A stretch of 64,000 bases of DNA, from contig CAJINV010000002.1 of NCBI GenBank assembly GCA_905178155.1, positions 9,125,412 to 9,189,411 on the forward strand, written 5' to 3'. The position numbers and the translations under genes are program-made. Numbering within the stretch: the first letter of the stretch is position 1; every line of letters starts with the position of its first letter. Below, in pieces: positions 23,197-37,884 of the stretch. This stretch comes from Amoebophrya sp. A120 (taxonomy: Eukaryota; Protista; Dinoflagellata). Under the pieces are notes generated by a model that was not told where the DNA came from, did no database searches, and worked only from the letters and a program-made list of their open reading frames with translations.

Positions 23197-26100
23197 ATGA
23201 TATCCGACCAGGGCGGCGGGTCGTCCTCGGCTGGCGGCGCCACTTCCAGCGGGAGTGGCAGCCAAAACAAGCGGAACAAGACCCAGCAGAGCAGCAACCT
23301 GAGCGTCAATCTCCCACTCTTGAAAAAGATAAAATTGTCCGAGGAGGCGCTATGGTCCTTGTCCGAGAGCCGCACCAACCCGGCGCAGGCGAGCGCGAAG
23401 AAGTGGAGCAACAAGAGCGCGTCGTTCGGCAGCCTAGAGCAGTACGACCACAAGCACAACACGTGGAAATTTTCCGAGAACGACAAGCTGACCAAGGGGG
23501 ACTACCACTTGGCGAAGCTGGCCAAGTCCATCCACCACGCGAAGAGCCTGGAAAATCTGAAGATAAACGCGCCGAAAATGGTCTTTCAGTCGGAAAAGAA
23601 GGAGCGGGAGGAGGTCGACGAGGACGCGCTCTGGGCGGAGAATAAGCATTTGCTCCAGCTGCACAAAATGTACGTGCCCCAGCCGGTTTTGGGAGAGGAA
23701 CTCGCTTCGAAGACAACGGAGGAAGGACCGCCAACCAGTCCAGAGCAGGGCCCGGAATCCCCCGGGGGGTTACAAGTCACCTTCGAAGCAGACGAGGAGG
23801 GGGAAAAGTCCAGTTTGGTCGCGCACACGCCCGTCGGGCCGATCAGCCGGGACGTGGCGATGAAGCATTTGTTCGCCGAGTCCGCGGAAATGGACGTGGA
23901 GGCCATAACCGAGGAGCAGATTATGAACATAAGAACCGGCGACGACGCCATAAGTTTCTTCGCAAGGAACTCCGCGACGACCCGGTTGAAAATAGTCTAC
24001 TGCAACCGAATACCCCCCTCGCCGGTCGAGTTCCGCCCGTACGACTTAGTAGTCGTGCCGGAGAAGAAGGCGGACCCGGAGTACTTCACCATCTCCCCCA
24101 CCGGCATAGTCCACTGCCAGCCCGGGCAGGCGAGCGAGTACTTGTCGATCCCGGAGTGGATAAGCGAGTCGCTGAACTACAACGTGATAGTCTCCATGAA
24201 CACGTTTAAAAACTACGTCCCGTGGAAAATCTTCGGCAGCTGGCGGAAGAACGCCCGGTACGACGTGTACAAGCAGAAGAGAAAACAGCTGGCGAAGAGG
24301 TTGTTCCTCGTGAAACCTTTGTTCGCGCAGGACCTCGCCAAGTGCTTCCAGGCCCGGCACGAGCTTTGCAGCAGTGTGAAGGTGCTGGCGCTGACGGACC
24401 CCAAGAGCTACCAGCAGTTCAGCTACTTCCAACTGCAGGAGTTTATCGACCTGCAGAAGGCCATACAAACCACCGCGGGGAAGGAGTTGGAAGCCAGGCA
24501 CGACCACTTCGTCTCTCTCCTGGATGCGTTGATCCACAAGGTGGTGAAAGCCACGGGGGTCGGCCAGGACGAGACCGCCGGGAAGGACCCGTTCCTTGAC
24601 GACGCCGCCGCGAAGACCAAGTCGATCGTGCAGCTGAAGTTAGAAGCGAAGGAGCGGGCGCGGAGAAAAAAGCTGGCGATCCACGACCAGGGCATGATTC
24701 AGGAATGTATTCAGCTAGTCGACTACATCTTCCAGTCCTGCTCCGTGCAGATCATGATTGACGCCGCCAAGGAGTTCTACATGCGCATCGAGGGCGATCC
24801 GCGACAAGCGGCGAACCGGTTGTTTTCCGTAAATGTGAAATTCGCGGAAAACTTGCATCTACTGGAAAAAGACTCCGACACCGGGATGCAGCTGGAGCCA
24901 GACGCGGACGCGTTCGGCAAGATGCTAAATAACTTGTGGCAGTCGGCGATCGCGGTGTTAACTTCGGTGCCGCAGTTCATCATGTGCCGGCAGTACGAGC
25001 AGCACCTGCGGACGATCGATCTGCGGAACATGCAGGGCACGCAGCTGTCGATCAACGAGATTTGCCGGGACAACTTGGCTTTTTCCGACTTCACCATGTC
25101 GGTCTTGACGAAAATAACCTCAGAGCTGGAGCGCGCCGGCACCTACGCGGACGAGACGTTTCTGAAAATGTACCGGCCCGTGTACGAATTCGGTCTGCAG
25201 TGGGACGAGATCGTCTTCCTCCAGCACCACACGCAGGACAACGTCGGAGAATTAGACGTCGCCATGGCGAAAATGCGCGCGTTTGAGGAGGCGGTCGAGA
25301 AGTGCCGGGTGAGCCACAACGTCGGGTTCATCTTGATCGACGCAAAGGGGCTGAAGAACGAGCTGACGCCGATCCCGGAGAAGGCGCTGCAGTGCATGAA
25401 GCAACTGCTGAAGACGATAGGCAGCACACTGTGCGGCGAGGCAAGCAAGGCGTTTGAGGGGGTGAATAAGATACTGGATCAGAGACCAGATAAGTTGTCC
25501 AACTACGCCCAGTTTGTGCACAATTTCACGGAGATTCTGACCAACAAGGAGTTCTTGATCAAACAGAGGGACCAGGTGGAACAGATCTATTCCATGCTGA
25601 CCAAGGTGTACAAAGTGAACATCAGTTTGGAGGATCAAGTGCAGTTGGAATCGATGCAGCTCAAGGGGAACGACTTTGTGCAGACGAAGCTGCAGGAAGC
25701 GAAGCAGTTCATGACGGACACGTCCAACAACATGCTCGACGAGAACAAGCAGAAGTGCGTGCAGGTCGAGGAGCAGTGTCAGGTGATGCAGGAGGAGCTG
25801 CTGAAGGAAAATTTCATCGACGTGGAAAACGTGTACGACCCGCAGAAGACGCTCGAGGTGCTCACCGCGTTGGAGCAGATCGTATCAAATGCAAAAATGT
25901 CTGGGTCTGGAAACTTGCGTTGGGAATAGTGAATGCTCTGTAATGCACAGCCAGGCATGAGAAATATCTGCGCTTCTTTGTGTTGCGTTTTTCGCATGAC
26001 AAACTGCGTTTTTGCATGACAGGCAAAAGGGTTTCTTCTTGGACACGCATCACAAAATTTTTGGTCATGCCAGACACGCATGACAAATCTCGCCATCTTC

Positions 26101-29100
26101 CAGACCCAGACACTTTTGCATGTGATAGATCGAGGAGAAACTCGATTTCTGCGAGAAGTCCGCGGCGACCTTCACGAACTACGAGGATTTGTTCAAGCTC
26201 CCGGAAGAGGAGAAGGGCGCGGTGGATTTGGGGCTTGGAGACGAGATGGAAGAGGAGGGCGACGTGAAATTTGAGTTCGTCATGATGGAGCGGGCCCGGG
26301 AGCTGTTCAACTCGCAGATGAAGCTGTGGGAGATGGTGTCGCAGTGGAACGACTTGACCAGGAAATGGTCCCACTCCGACTTCACAACGTTAGATGCGGA
26401 AGTGATGAACAAACAGACCGCGCAGTGCTTTAAGGTAATTTCTATTTTGCTTTTGTTTCTTGTTTTCGATTCTGTACACTATGTCTGTTTGATCGAACTC
26501 GCAGGAGCCTGCAAATGCAAATCGGAAGCAAAACGAGCCAGTACTATGAAGATGCACCTCAGGTTTTTTATTTCCAATTTTCCCCATACTAAGTAAAAAC
26601 TAAATCCTAAAACCCGAACTCCTTCAGGTCGCCTACGGTCTGGAGAAGACCTTTGGCCCCAAGAACCCGAAAGTCGTGAAGGCGGCACGGGAATCCATCG
26701 AGAGATGGCGTGGCAACATGGGCAGCATCATGGATCTCGGGAACCCCGCCATGCGCCCCCGGCACTGGGAGAAGCTTTTCAAGGCGATGGGGATGGGCGG
26801 CAACGTGAAGGGGATGTCCATCACTCTAGCGCTTTTAGAGAAGAACGGCATCTTCGCGCCCAACCTGAAGGAGCTGATCGGCGAGGTCTCGGCCACGGCC
26901 TCCGGGGAGTTCGCGCTGGAGCAGTCTCTGGATAAGGTGATCGCGGTGTGGTCCGACTGGAACATGCCCATCCAGAACCACCGAAACCAGAAGGACCTGT
27001 TCATTTTGGGCGACGTCAGCGAGATTATCGTGCAAATTGAGGACCACTGCGTCACCATCGCGACCATGATGGGCAGCCGCTACATCGGCGGCATCAAGGA
27101 AAAGGTGGAGATCTGGATGAAAAAAATCTACAACGCGGCGGACATCTTGGACGAGTGGATCATCATGCAAAGGGCCTGGATGTACCTGGAAAACATCTTT
27201 TCCGCCGAAGATATCCAGAAGCAGCTGCCAGGTATAGAATTAAATTGGTTCTACTTTGACTTCTTCATGTCTGTGTTTGTTTTTGTTTGAAATGCTCACG
27301 CTGGGCCAATGCATGATTTTGCCTCGCCTACTGCAGCTTTGAGGACTGCATATCAGCGGTATTGATATTGACGACTACGCCAGTGACGTCTAAATTCTGT
27401 GAGGCCGAAGAGATTCACTTCGAAAAACCCTTCTTTACAGGTGAGACCACGAAGTTCAAGCAGGTGGACCGATTTTACCGCGAGCTGTTCCGCAAGGTGA
27501 AGTCAAAGCAGTACCAGAACGCGATGACGGCGATGAACATGCCTGGTTTGAAGGACCAGCTTACCTGGGCCAACGAGACGCTGGACGCGGTTCAGAAGTC
27601 GCTCGAGGCGTACTTGGAGACCAAGCGCCAGGGCTTCCCGCGGTTCTACTTTTTGTCCAATGACGAACTACTTTCAATTTTGTCGCAGACCCGAAACCCC
27701 CGCGCGGTGCAGGAGCACTTGGTGAAGTGCTTCGACAGCATCAACCACGTGAAGTTCACGGAGGCCAACACCATCACCGGCATGCAGGACCACGTCGGCG
27801 AGCACGTGGCGTTCGCGAAAATTGTGGAGACCACGAAGCCGGTCGAGCACTGGCTGTGCGACATCGAGATGCAGATGATCGAGGGCCTGTACGTGGACGC
27901 GGCCGCCGCGGTCGGGACCTACCCCGAGGACGGGCGGGCCCGCCGGGAGTGGCTGTTCGGGCCCACGGCGAGTCAGAACATCCTGTTCATCGACCAAATT
28001 CACTGGACCAGCGAGACCGAGGCCGCCATCGTGGCCATGGAACAGATGGACGCGGCGAGCTTAAACTTCAAGCCGATGGAGAACAACATCCAGTTTCACA
28101 ACGAGCAGCTGGCGAACTCCGTGCTGCTGGTGCGGGAAAACCTGACGAAACTGCAGCGGACGCTGATGGGCGCGCTGATTGTGCTGGATGTCCACGGTAT
28201 CACCGTGCTGGAAAATCTCTTGGAGGACAAGTGCCACGCACTAAACGATTTCAACTGGTCGAAACAGCTGCGGTACTACTGGTACACGGGCGAGACGCCA
28301 CTGGTCACCTCCATCGGCAACGAGGTCAGCGAGGACTGCATTCTGCGGCAAACCATTTCGTCTTACAAGTACAGCTACGAGTATTTGGGGAACACACCGC
28401 GGCTCGTCGTCACCCCCCTGACGGACAAGTGTTACATCACGTTGACGGGCGCCCTGCACTTGAACTACGGCGGTGCGCCCGCTGGGCCGGCCGGAACGGG
28501 GAAGACGGAGACGACCAAGGATTTGGGAAAAGCGCTTGCCGTGCCAGTGATCGTGTTTAACTGCTCCGACGGGTTGGATTACAAAATCATGGGTCGCTTC
28601 TTCTCCGGACTCGCACAGGCGGGCGCCTGGGCGTGCTTCGATGAGTTTAACCGTATTCCGGTCGAGGTCCTGTCCGTGATTGCGCAGCAAATGTTGACCG
28701 TGACGCAGGCGATCCGGCAAAGGAGAAAGACCTTCGAGTTCATCGGGCAGAAAATTCCGTTAAATACTCGCTTCGGTGTCTTCATCACGATGAACCCCGG
28801 TTACGCCGGGCGTGCGGAGCTCCCCGACAACCTGAAGTCGCTGTTTCGCCCGGTCGCGATGATGGTGCCAGATTACGCACTGATCGCCGAGATCATTCTC
28901 TACTCCGAGGGTTTCGGCGAGGCCAAGGGACTTTCGAAAAAGATGGTGAAGATGTACTCGCTCGCGTCCGAACAGCTGTCCAAGCAGGACCACTACGATT
29001 TCGGTATGCGCGCCGTGAAGTCCGTGCTGGTGATGGCGGGTCAGCTGAAGCGAAAGTTCCCGGATCTCCCCGAGAACGTCACTCTGATCCGGGCGCTCCG

Positions 29101-32100
29101 TGACTCCAACGTGCCCAAGTTCCTCGCACAGGATCTGCCGCTGTTTATGGGAATCATCACAGATTTGTTCCCCGGGGTGGACATTCCGAACGTGGACTAC
29201 GGCAATTTGGAGCTCGAGGTGAAGCAGCAGCTCGTGGACGCGCGGTTGCAAACCGTGCCGGCGTTCGTGACCAAAATCATCCAGCTTCTGGAAACCCAGC
29301 TCGTCCGCCACGGTGTGATGATCGTTGGGCTGACGATGTGTGGCAAGTCGACAAACCAAGTCACGCTGTCAAAATCTTTAACCTCGCTGAAGAAGAAGGG
29401 CGGGGAGACCGCGGACCCGACGTATCAGTTGACCAAGGTGTTCACGCTGAACCCGAAATCCGTGACAATGAACGAACTGTACGGGTCCTTCAATCTCAAC
29501 ACCGGCGAGTGGACGGACGGGTTGATCGCGATCCTCGTCCGCGAAGCGGTGTCGGACACCACGGACAACAAGAAGTGGGTGAACTTCGACGGGCCGGTCG
29601 ACGCGATCTGGATCGAGAACATGAACACGGTGCTGGACGACAACAAGATGCTTTGTCTGGCGAACGGGGAGCGGATCAAGTTGCCCCCGACGATGACCAT
29701 GATGTTCGAGGTGAACGACCTGGCCGTCGCCTCGCCCGCGACCGTGTCCCGTTGCGGGATGGTGTACATGGAGCCGGTGCACCTCGGGTGGAAGCCGCTG
29801 ATCCACGAGTGGCAGCTGAACTTCAGCGACTACAACCCGAAGTGGGCGAAGTTGCTGGCGCCGGCGATCGAGAAGTTCTGCTCGCACTTGATCCCGTTCT
29901 ACCGCGAGGAGCTGAACGAACCCACCGGGTTAGAAACGCTGGACAACCAGATTGTCCACTCTTTCCTGAAGTTCGTCACCACCTTCGTGTCCGCGAAACA
30001 CGGCATTTTCTCCGCGGAGGAGGACGGACTGAGCGACAAACCGCCAGAACAGACGCAGAAGCACGTGAAGCTCTACTGCGTGTTCGCCTGCATCTTCACG
30101 CTCGGTGGCAACCTGCACGAAAAGTCGCGGAAGAAGTTCCAGCAGCACATGCGGCCCGAGTTCGAGAAGTTTCTGGGGCCGGGCGTGTTGCCCGACGAGT
30201 CCGTCGACATGTACGCGCTCTGCGTGGACGACGAGAACGTGGCGTACCAACCGATCGGGGAAATCGTGTCGGAATACCTCTACGATTCCGAAGTGCCCTT
30301 CTTCAACATCCTGGTCCCGACGGAGGAGACGACCAGTCAGCGATTGCTGTTGGAGAACCTGATGCACGCCGGCTTCCACATTCTGTTCGCGGGGGACACG
30401 GGCGTGGGGAAGAGTGTGGGGATCCAGCAGTTTTTGAACACGTGCGGGGAGTCCTACTCCGTGACGACCGCGAACTTTTCCGCGCAAACCAGCTCAGCGA
30501 ACGTGGTTGACATCTTCGAGAACAGTCTGGAAAAGAAGAGGAAAAACCTGCTGGGTGCGCCGCCCGGCACCACGATGTTGATGTTCATCGACGATTTGAA
30601 CATGCCCCTCGTCGAGGTGTACGGCGCGCAGCCGCCGATCGAGTTGCTCCGCCAGGTGATGGACCAGGGCGGGTTTTACGACCGGAAAAAGCTGTTCTGG
30701 AAAAACGTCCAGGACACGCAGTTCATCACCGCGTGCGGTCCGCCGGGCGGCGGCCGGAACAAGGTGACCCCGCGGCTGATGCGGCACGTGAACATGGTGT
30801 GGATGCCGGCGTTGACCGTGAACGCGATGAACACCATTCTGAGCAGCATCCTCGGCGGGTGGCTGGGCACGGTGAAGCCCTCGCTGCGCAAGTACTCCGC
30901 GCCGTTGACCAAGGCGACCGTGGAAGCCTACTTTCGCATCACGGCGGACCTGCTGCCCACCCCGCTGAAGTGCCACTACACCTTCAACTTGCGCGACCCG
31001 GCGAAGATGATCCAGGGGATGATGATGATCGACGTCAAGAAGGGGTTCGAGAACCCCATGGACCTGATCAACCTGTGGATGCATGAGGCCTGCCGCTGCT
31101 TCCGCGACCGGTTGATCAACGAGCAGGACTGCAGCTGGTTCAACAAGATGATCTTCACCAAGCTGAAGCAAAGCGTGGGCGCGGACTTCCCGGAGGCGCT
31201 GCCGAAGGACCTGGATGTCGACGACATCGCGGAACTCGTGTACGGCGACTTCATGGACCGCGTGGACAAAAAGTACATCGCGGTCCCGGACAACGCGAAG
31301 ATGCTCGAGGTGTTCGGCGAGTTTCTGGAAGAGTACAACATCACTTTCCCGACCCAGATGAACTTAGTGTTCTTCTCCGACTGCCAGAAGCACCTCGCCC
31401 GCATGTGCCGCGTGCTGCGGCAGCCGCGCGGGAACGCGCTGCTCGTCGGGGTCTCCGGGGTCGGGCGGAAGTCCATGGCCCGGCTCGCGGCCTTCATGCA
31501 GGAGATCGCGCCGTTCTCGATCGAGATCACGAAACTGTACGATTTGCCGCAGTTCAACGAGGATATCAAACTGATGATGTTCCAGGTCGCGAAGGGCACG
31601 CCGACGATGTTTTTGTTTTCCGACACGCAGATCGTGCGGGAGACCTTCTTGGAGAACATCAACAACATCCTGAATACCGGCGAGGTCCCGAATCTGTTTG
31701 CGCCGGACGAGCTGAACCAGGTGGTGGATTCCGTCCGGCCCCTCGCGAAGGCGGCCGGGAAGCCCGACCAGAAGGACGTATTGCTGCAGTACTTCACGCA
31801 ACTGGTAAGAGAGTCGCTGCACATCGTGAACGCGTTCTCGCCCGTCGGCGACGGGTTCCGCGCGCGGTGCCGACAGTTCCCGTCCTTGATCAACTGCTGC
31901 GCCATCGACTGGTACAAGCCGTGGCCGGCGGACGCCCTGTACTCGGTGGCGGAACGGTACTACAAGGCCGCGCCGAAGGAGCTGAACATCGCGGACACCG
32001 TGGACCAGCTGTCCCAGCTGTCCTGCACGATCCACTCCACGAGCACGGAGTACGCCGACAAGTTCTACGAGGCACTGCGGCGACGCACGTACACGACGCC

Positions 32101-35100
32101 GACGAGTTACCTGGAGCTGATCAAGCTGTTTTGCGACCTGCTGGGACAGAAGCAGGGGGAGCTGAACAGCAAGCTGGACCGGTACCGGATCGGCGTGCGG
32201 AAGTTGGGCGAAACGCAAGTCATCGTGGACGACCTGAAGAAGCAGCTCACCAAGATGGGGCCGGAGATCGAGCAGGCGAAGATCGACACGGCGGCTCTGA
32301 TGGAGCAGGTGGAGAAGGACCAGAAGATCGCGTCCGAGCAGGCGGCGGAGTGCGCGGTCGAGGAGAAAAAGGCTCTGGGGCAGGCCGCGGAAGCGAACGA
32401 GATCAAGAACAGCGTGCAGAAGGATTTGGACGAGGCGCTGCCGGAGTACTACAAGGCGATCAAGGCGCTCGACTCACTGGACAAGAAGGACATCACCGAG
32501 GTGAAGTCCTTTGCAAAGCCGCCCCCCCTCGTCGAGACGGTTCTGTGTGCGGTGTGTCTGCTCATGGGCGAGAAGGAGAACTGGGACAGTGCGAAGAAGC
32601 TGATGAACAAATCCACGTTTCTGGACGACTTGAAAACCTACGACAAGGACGCGCTCGCCCGGGACAAGAAGAAAACGGAAAAGATGCAGAAGTACACGAA
32701 ACGAGAAGACTTCCAGCCCGACGTGGTGAAGAAAGTGTCCAACGCCGCGATGTCGCTGTGCATGTGGGTGCGCGCGATGGAGGTCTACGGGCGGGTCTCG
32801 CGCGAGATCGAGCCGAAGAAGGTCAAGCTCGCGGCCGCTGAGGAAGCGGCGGCGATCGGCGAGGCGGCATTGGCAAAGGCCAAGGGAGAACTCAAAGTCG
32901 TCACGGATAAGGTAAGTCTGCTTCCCACCACGATAGGACGAGTGATTGTACCAGTGTGTTGTGTGTTGCTGTGCTTATGATGAAGATGATCAACAATCAT
33001 GATCAGCATCCTCGCCAGAATTAGAATGAATGAATGTCAAAATCAGGTCGCTGCCCTACGTCAGAAGCTTTTTGCCGCAAAAAGGAAAGCAGAGCAGCTC
33101 GTGAAGGATGCAGATATGTGTCAAGTGAAGCTGGGCCGCGCAGAGGAGCTCCTGAAAGGTAACAGAATACAACTTTATTTGCGATGATGACAAAAGAAAT
33201 TACAGGAGACTATTATTTTCACTTCTGCGTAGGTTCAAGAGCATTTCCATTTGACGAGGCTACTGTCTGAAAAGCACGTACAGAAAAGCAAAAATGCAGC
33301 TTCTTTTTCCAAAATTCAACAGGTCTTGGCAACGAGGCGGTCGCGTGGGAGAAGCGTTCCACGGTGCTCGAGAAGGCGGTCGGTTTTCTGGTTGGGAACA
33401 TTATGCTGGCCGCCGGCTTCATCGCCTACATTGGTCCCTACACGGCGGAATACCGCGCCGAGCTGATCGACATGTGGCGCAACAAGGCCAAGGAGATCGA
33501 CATCGTGGCGGATCCCGACTGGGTGTGCGCCGATGTGCTGGTGGACCCGGCCGAGGTGCGCGCATGGAACCTGGCGGGGCTCCCGCAGGACGACCTGTCC
33601 GTGGAGAACGGCATCATGGTGACCCGCGGGCGGCGGTGGCCGCTGATGATCGACCCGCAGGGCCAGGCCAACCGGTGGATCCGCACCATGGGGAAGGACA
33701 AGAACATCCAGGTGATCAAGCTCTCCAACCCGAACTTCCTGCGCACCCTCGAGAACGGCATCCGGTACGGGAACGCCATTCTTCTGGAGAACGTCGAGGA
33801 GGTGCTGGACCCGTCCATCGAGCCGGTGCTGCTGAAGCAGATCTTCAAGAAGGGCGGCCAGTTGCTGCTCCGCTTGGGAACGGAGGACGTGCCCTACAAC
33901 GAGGACTTCGCGTTCTACATCACCACCAAGATGACCAACCCGCACTATTTGCCAGAGATTTGCATCAAGGTGACCGTGATCAACTTCACGGTCACGCCCA
34001 AGGGGCTCGAGAACCAGCTGGTCGCCGACGTGGTGGCCAACGAGAACCGGGAGCTGTCCGAGCAGAAGGCGTATCAAGTGTAAAAGTGTCTGGGTCTGGA
34101 AGAATGCAACTTGTCATGCTGTCTTTGGATTCCAAAAAAATCTGTATTGCGTGACCAACAACAGGAGTCCAGTTTGTGGCACGCGGAGAGGGCATTTCTC
34201 ATGCGGAATAGGCATCAGGAAGGCCTCTAAAGATATGCGATGCTAGACCATGCATTACAGACATCCTGAGTCATGCAAAATATGCATTACAAACCCAGAC
34301 CCAGACATTTTTGCAATCCATAAGGCGGCCTTGGTGGTGCAGATCGCCGCAGACAAGGCGGAGATGGACCGGCTGGAAGCGCTGATTCTGAAGCTCCTCG
34401 CGGAGTCCAAGGGCGACATCCTGGACGACGACAAGCTCATCAAGACGCTGGCCGCGTCCAGCGTGACCGGCGCTGAGGTGCAGCAGCGCATGGTCGCCGC
34501 CGAGGAGACGCTGACCAAAATCGACGAGGTGACCGAGACGCTGCGGCCGACCGCAACCAGGTTGTCGATGCTGTACTTCTGCATCAGCTACATGGGCTTG
34601 ATCGACCCCATGTACCAGTATTCGCTCGAGTACTTCGCTGCTCTCGCCAAGGGCCGGCTGCAAAAGTCGGAGCAGAGCGAGGACGTGAACAAGCGGATCA
34701 TGATCATCATCGAGGACGTCACGAAGTCGGTGTACCTGAACATTTGCCGCGGGCTGTTCGAGGACCACAAAATGATCTTTTCCTTCATGATCGCGTGCGA
34801 AGTGTTGAAGAACGCCACGCACGCCAACTACATGGGCCGCACGCCCATCGCCACCATGGAGTGGGCGTTCCTGCTCCGCGGCGTGGAGGCCGGGAAGGGC
34901 GTGCTGGACAGCGCGCCCGCTGCCAGCGCGGAGGGCGACGAGGGCGAGGCGGTCGCAACATCACCCGGCGTGCCGGCGGAGATCCCAGCGGAGAAGTGTC
35001 CCAAGTGGCTGCCGTCGACTGCGTGGGAAAAGCTGGCGTGTCTCGAGCGGCTCGCCCAGGTCGGCGGCGTGGACAGCTACAAGGGGCTGTGCGACAGCAT

Positions 35101-37884
35101 AAGTACGAAGAGCACCGAGTGGAACAATTTCTACGAGGACGACGACTGTATCAGCAAGCCGCTGCCGGACAACTTTGACAGCAGGCTGAAGCCGGTGCAG
35201 CGGCTGCTGGTCTGCCGGTCGCTGCGCGAGAACCTGTGGCCGCTGGGCGTGAAGCGATTCATCGGCGAGGAGATCGGCGGGCTGTTCATCGAGTCCCCGC
35301 CTTTCGACCTGCTCGGGTCCTTCGAGGAGTCGAACGCGGGCACGCCCATCATCTTCGTGCTGTCCGCCGGTGCGGATCCGACGGGCTACCTACTGAAGCT
35401 CGCAGAGGACCGCGAGTACTCCGAGCGCCTGCACTTCATCTCGCTGGGCCAGGGCCAGGGGCCGAAGGCCGAGAAGCTGATCGACATGAGCCGCGAGGCC
35501 GGCGACTGGGCCTGTCTGCAGAACTGCCACCTGGCCAGCAGCTGGATGCCAAATCTGGAGAGGATACAGGAGCTGCAGGACCTGGACAAAATCGACCCGG
35601 ACTACCGGCTCTGGCTCACCTCCATGCCTACGCCGATCTTCCCGGTGCCGGTGCTGCAGTCCGGCATCAAGATCACCAACGAACCGCCCAAGGGGGTGAA
35701 GGCGAACATGCTGCGCACCTTCGAGGACATGGGCGAGGAGAACTACGGAAAGGCGGACCGCGCCATGGAGGAGGACCCCACGGCCTTTGAGAACGGCACC
35801 AAGGTGCGTGCCTACAAGCGGCTGGTGTTTGCCTTGGCCTTCTTCCACGCCGTCATCTTGCAGAGGCGGAAGTTCGGGCCCATCGGGTGGAACATCCCCT
35901 ACGAGTGGATGGACAGCGATTTCCAGACCAGTCGCGAACAAGTGTACATGTACCTGGCCACACAGCCCGGCGTTCCGCTGAAAACGCTCAACTACATGAT
36001 AGCGGAGTGCAATTACGGCGGACGGGTCACGGATGATAAGGTACAAAATTTGTGCATCTCTATACTGAAAGAATCTCTTTTTTGATTGAACTCGGTGCCA
36101 GTGTCAGTTTAGATCTCTGTTTTACAAGCGACATACCAAAAGAACGTTTGACGTTCCAGTGGGGTGTACCTCTACTCATCCGGATCATGATGATTGTCGA
36201 TCGAACACAAAGTGACATTTAAGTAGTTAGAACCTCCAAACTGCACGACTCACAGGACGTTCGGCTGATCTGCGCAGTGCTTTTGCGGTACTTCGATAAT
36301 CCTATCGTGGAAGAAGACGAGGCCCGGCTTTCGGCCCTGGACGAGTATTTCATCCCGATGGCCAGCACCTTGGAGGACGTGAAAACGTATATCAAAACGC
36401 TACCTCTCGATGAGGATCCGCGCGTGTTCGGGCTGCATCCAAACGCGATGATCACGGCACAGATGATGGCCACCCGACTGTTTCTATCCACCGTGGAATC
36501 CGTGCAGCCTCGACTGGCCTCCGGCGGTGGCGGGAAAAAGCCCGAAGACATCGTCACGGACATGGCACGAGAGTTCTTCGAAGCCATACCAGAACCCATG
36601 AAAGCCAAGTGGGCACACGAAAACACCTACAAACAAACAGCGGAAGGTATAATACTCGGGAATGGCATAATTAAAGTAGAGTTCGTAAATTTCATGCGTA
36701 TGCAGCTGGGTATGCAGTTGCAGCAGGCAGTAGACGACAACTTCAGTTGCTTACCTCTTTCGCTTAGAATTATTTCCAAAGAAGGTTCTTTGACTGGCGT
36801 GCCACACTATCTAAAGCAAAGTGAGCGGCTTCTGGCACGACAAGCAGCAATGAAAATGATAATGAATACCAAACTCACTGACTTTGATCATTATTTTCAT
36901 ACCAGGTGGCATGGTTTCCCTCGGCGTATTTCACGGCCAGGAGATGGGACAGTTTAACAAACTGAGCAGCATGATCAAGCAGAACATGTACATGCTGGGA
37001 CAGGCTATTAAGGGGTTGATTGTCATGTCAGGACCACTGGAAGACATGTACAATTGCTTCCTGATACAGAAGGTAAGCCTCTGTGTTTTTAGCTTGCGCC
37101 TAGCGTATCTCGTCTACCGAATTCATTCTTTGTAGTGCAAGTGCTGTTAGTTTGTGTACCCTTGATGCTTGTTCTACTCAGCGTTGTGCGTGGGTTGCCG
37201 CGGGTTAGCTCGGTCTCTTCCTCTTTCGTATGCAAAAATGTTTTTCATCCGCAAAACTCACTCCAGGTGCCACCAGGCTGGGGCAAGCTTTCGTACCCCT
37301 GCCTGAAGCCGTTGAATTCGTATATGGATGACCTGCTGAAGCGGCTCGCGTTCTACGAGGGGTGGCTGCGCAACGGGCCGCCAGCGTCCTTCTGGATCTC
37401 CTCGATGTTCTTTCCCCAGGGTTTTATGACCGCCGCCATGCAGACCTACGCGAGAAGTCAGCAGATCGCGATCGACGAGCTGAAGTTTCTGACCCTGCCC
37501 GGCACGGAGCTCGCCGCGGAGGTGACCGAGCCCAAGGAGATCGGCGTGAACGTGCACGGGCTCTTCCTGCAGGGCTGCGGGTTCGACCGGAAGCACAAAG
37601 ACGGCCCGCGGCTGGTGGAGTCGTCGAAGGGCATTCTGTTCGTGGAGGTGCCCGTCATCTGGCTGAAACCCGTTAAGGTGGGCGTGTGGGACGCGCACCA
37701 CAAGGGCCTGCCCATGCCGGAATACAACTCGCCCCTGTACAAAACCAGCGAACGGCGCGGAACTTTGAGCACCACCGGGCACTCCACCAACTTCGTCATG
37801 TACATGCAGTTCAGCTACGCAGAGCAGGACCCCGCCCATTGGACGCGCCGCGGCGTCGCGCTCATCTGCATGCTAGACGACTAG
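23197..37884 (+). CDS. DNAH6: Axonemal dynein heavy chain (DNAH6-like inner-arm type), ~10 exons
   Basis: FPRFYFLSNDELL, RLVVTPLTDKCY, P-loops GPAGTGKT, GLTMCGKS, GDTGVGKS, GVSGVGRKS; stalk; RWPLMIDPQGQA; ISLGQGQG; C-terminal PLYKTSERRGTLSTTGHSTNF...HWTRRGVAL. About 7 canonical introns (e.g. 26435-26627) plus 2 introners. The subtype call is from recalled similarity only. Confidence 0.95.
25883..26127. mobile_element. Introner-like element, family A (245 bp), in dynein
   Basis: TIR TATCAAATGCAAAAATGTCTGGGTCTGGAA / TTCCAGACCCAGACACTTTTGCATGTGATA. TSD GATCG. Removing the element plus one TSD restores EQIEEKLDF. Confidence 0.92.
34072..34322. mobile_element. Introner-like element, family A (251 bp), in dynein
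   Basis: Family A TIRs; TSD AGGCG; removal restores EQKAALVVQIA. Compatible with an exact GC-AG intron 34069-34324. Confidence 0.92.

Noticed and set aside
23306-37839. Many antisense and alternate-frame ORFs over dynein
   Set aside because: Shadow ORFs caused by high GC3 codon bias.
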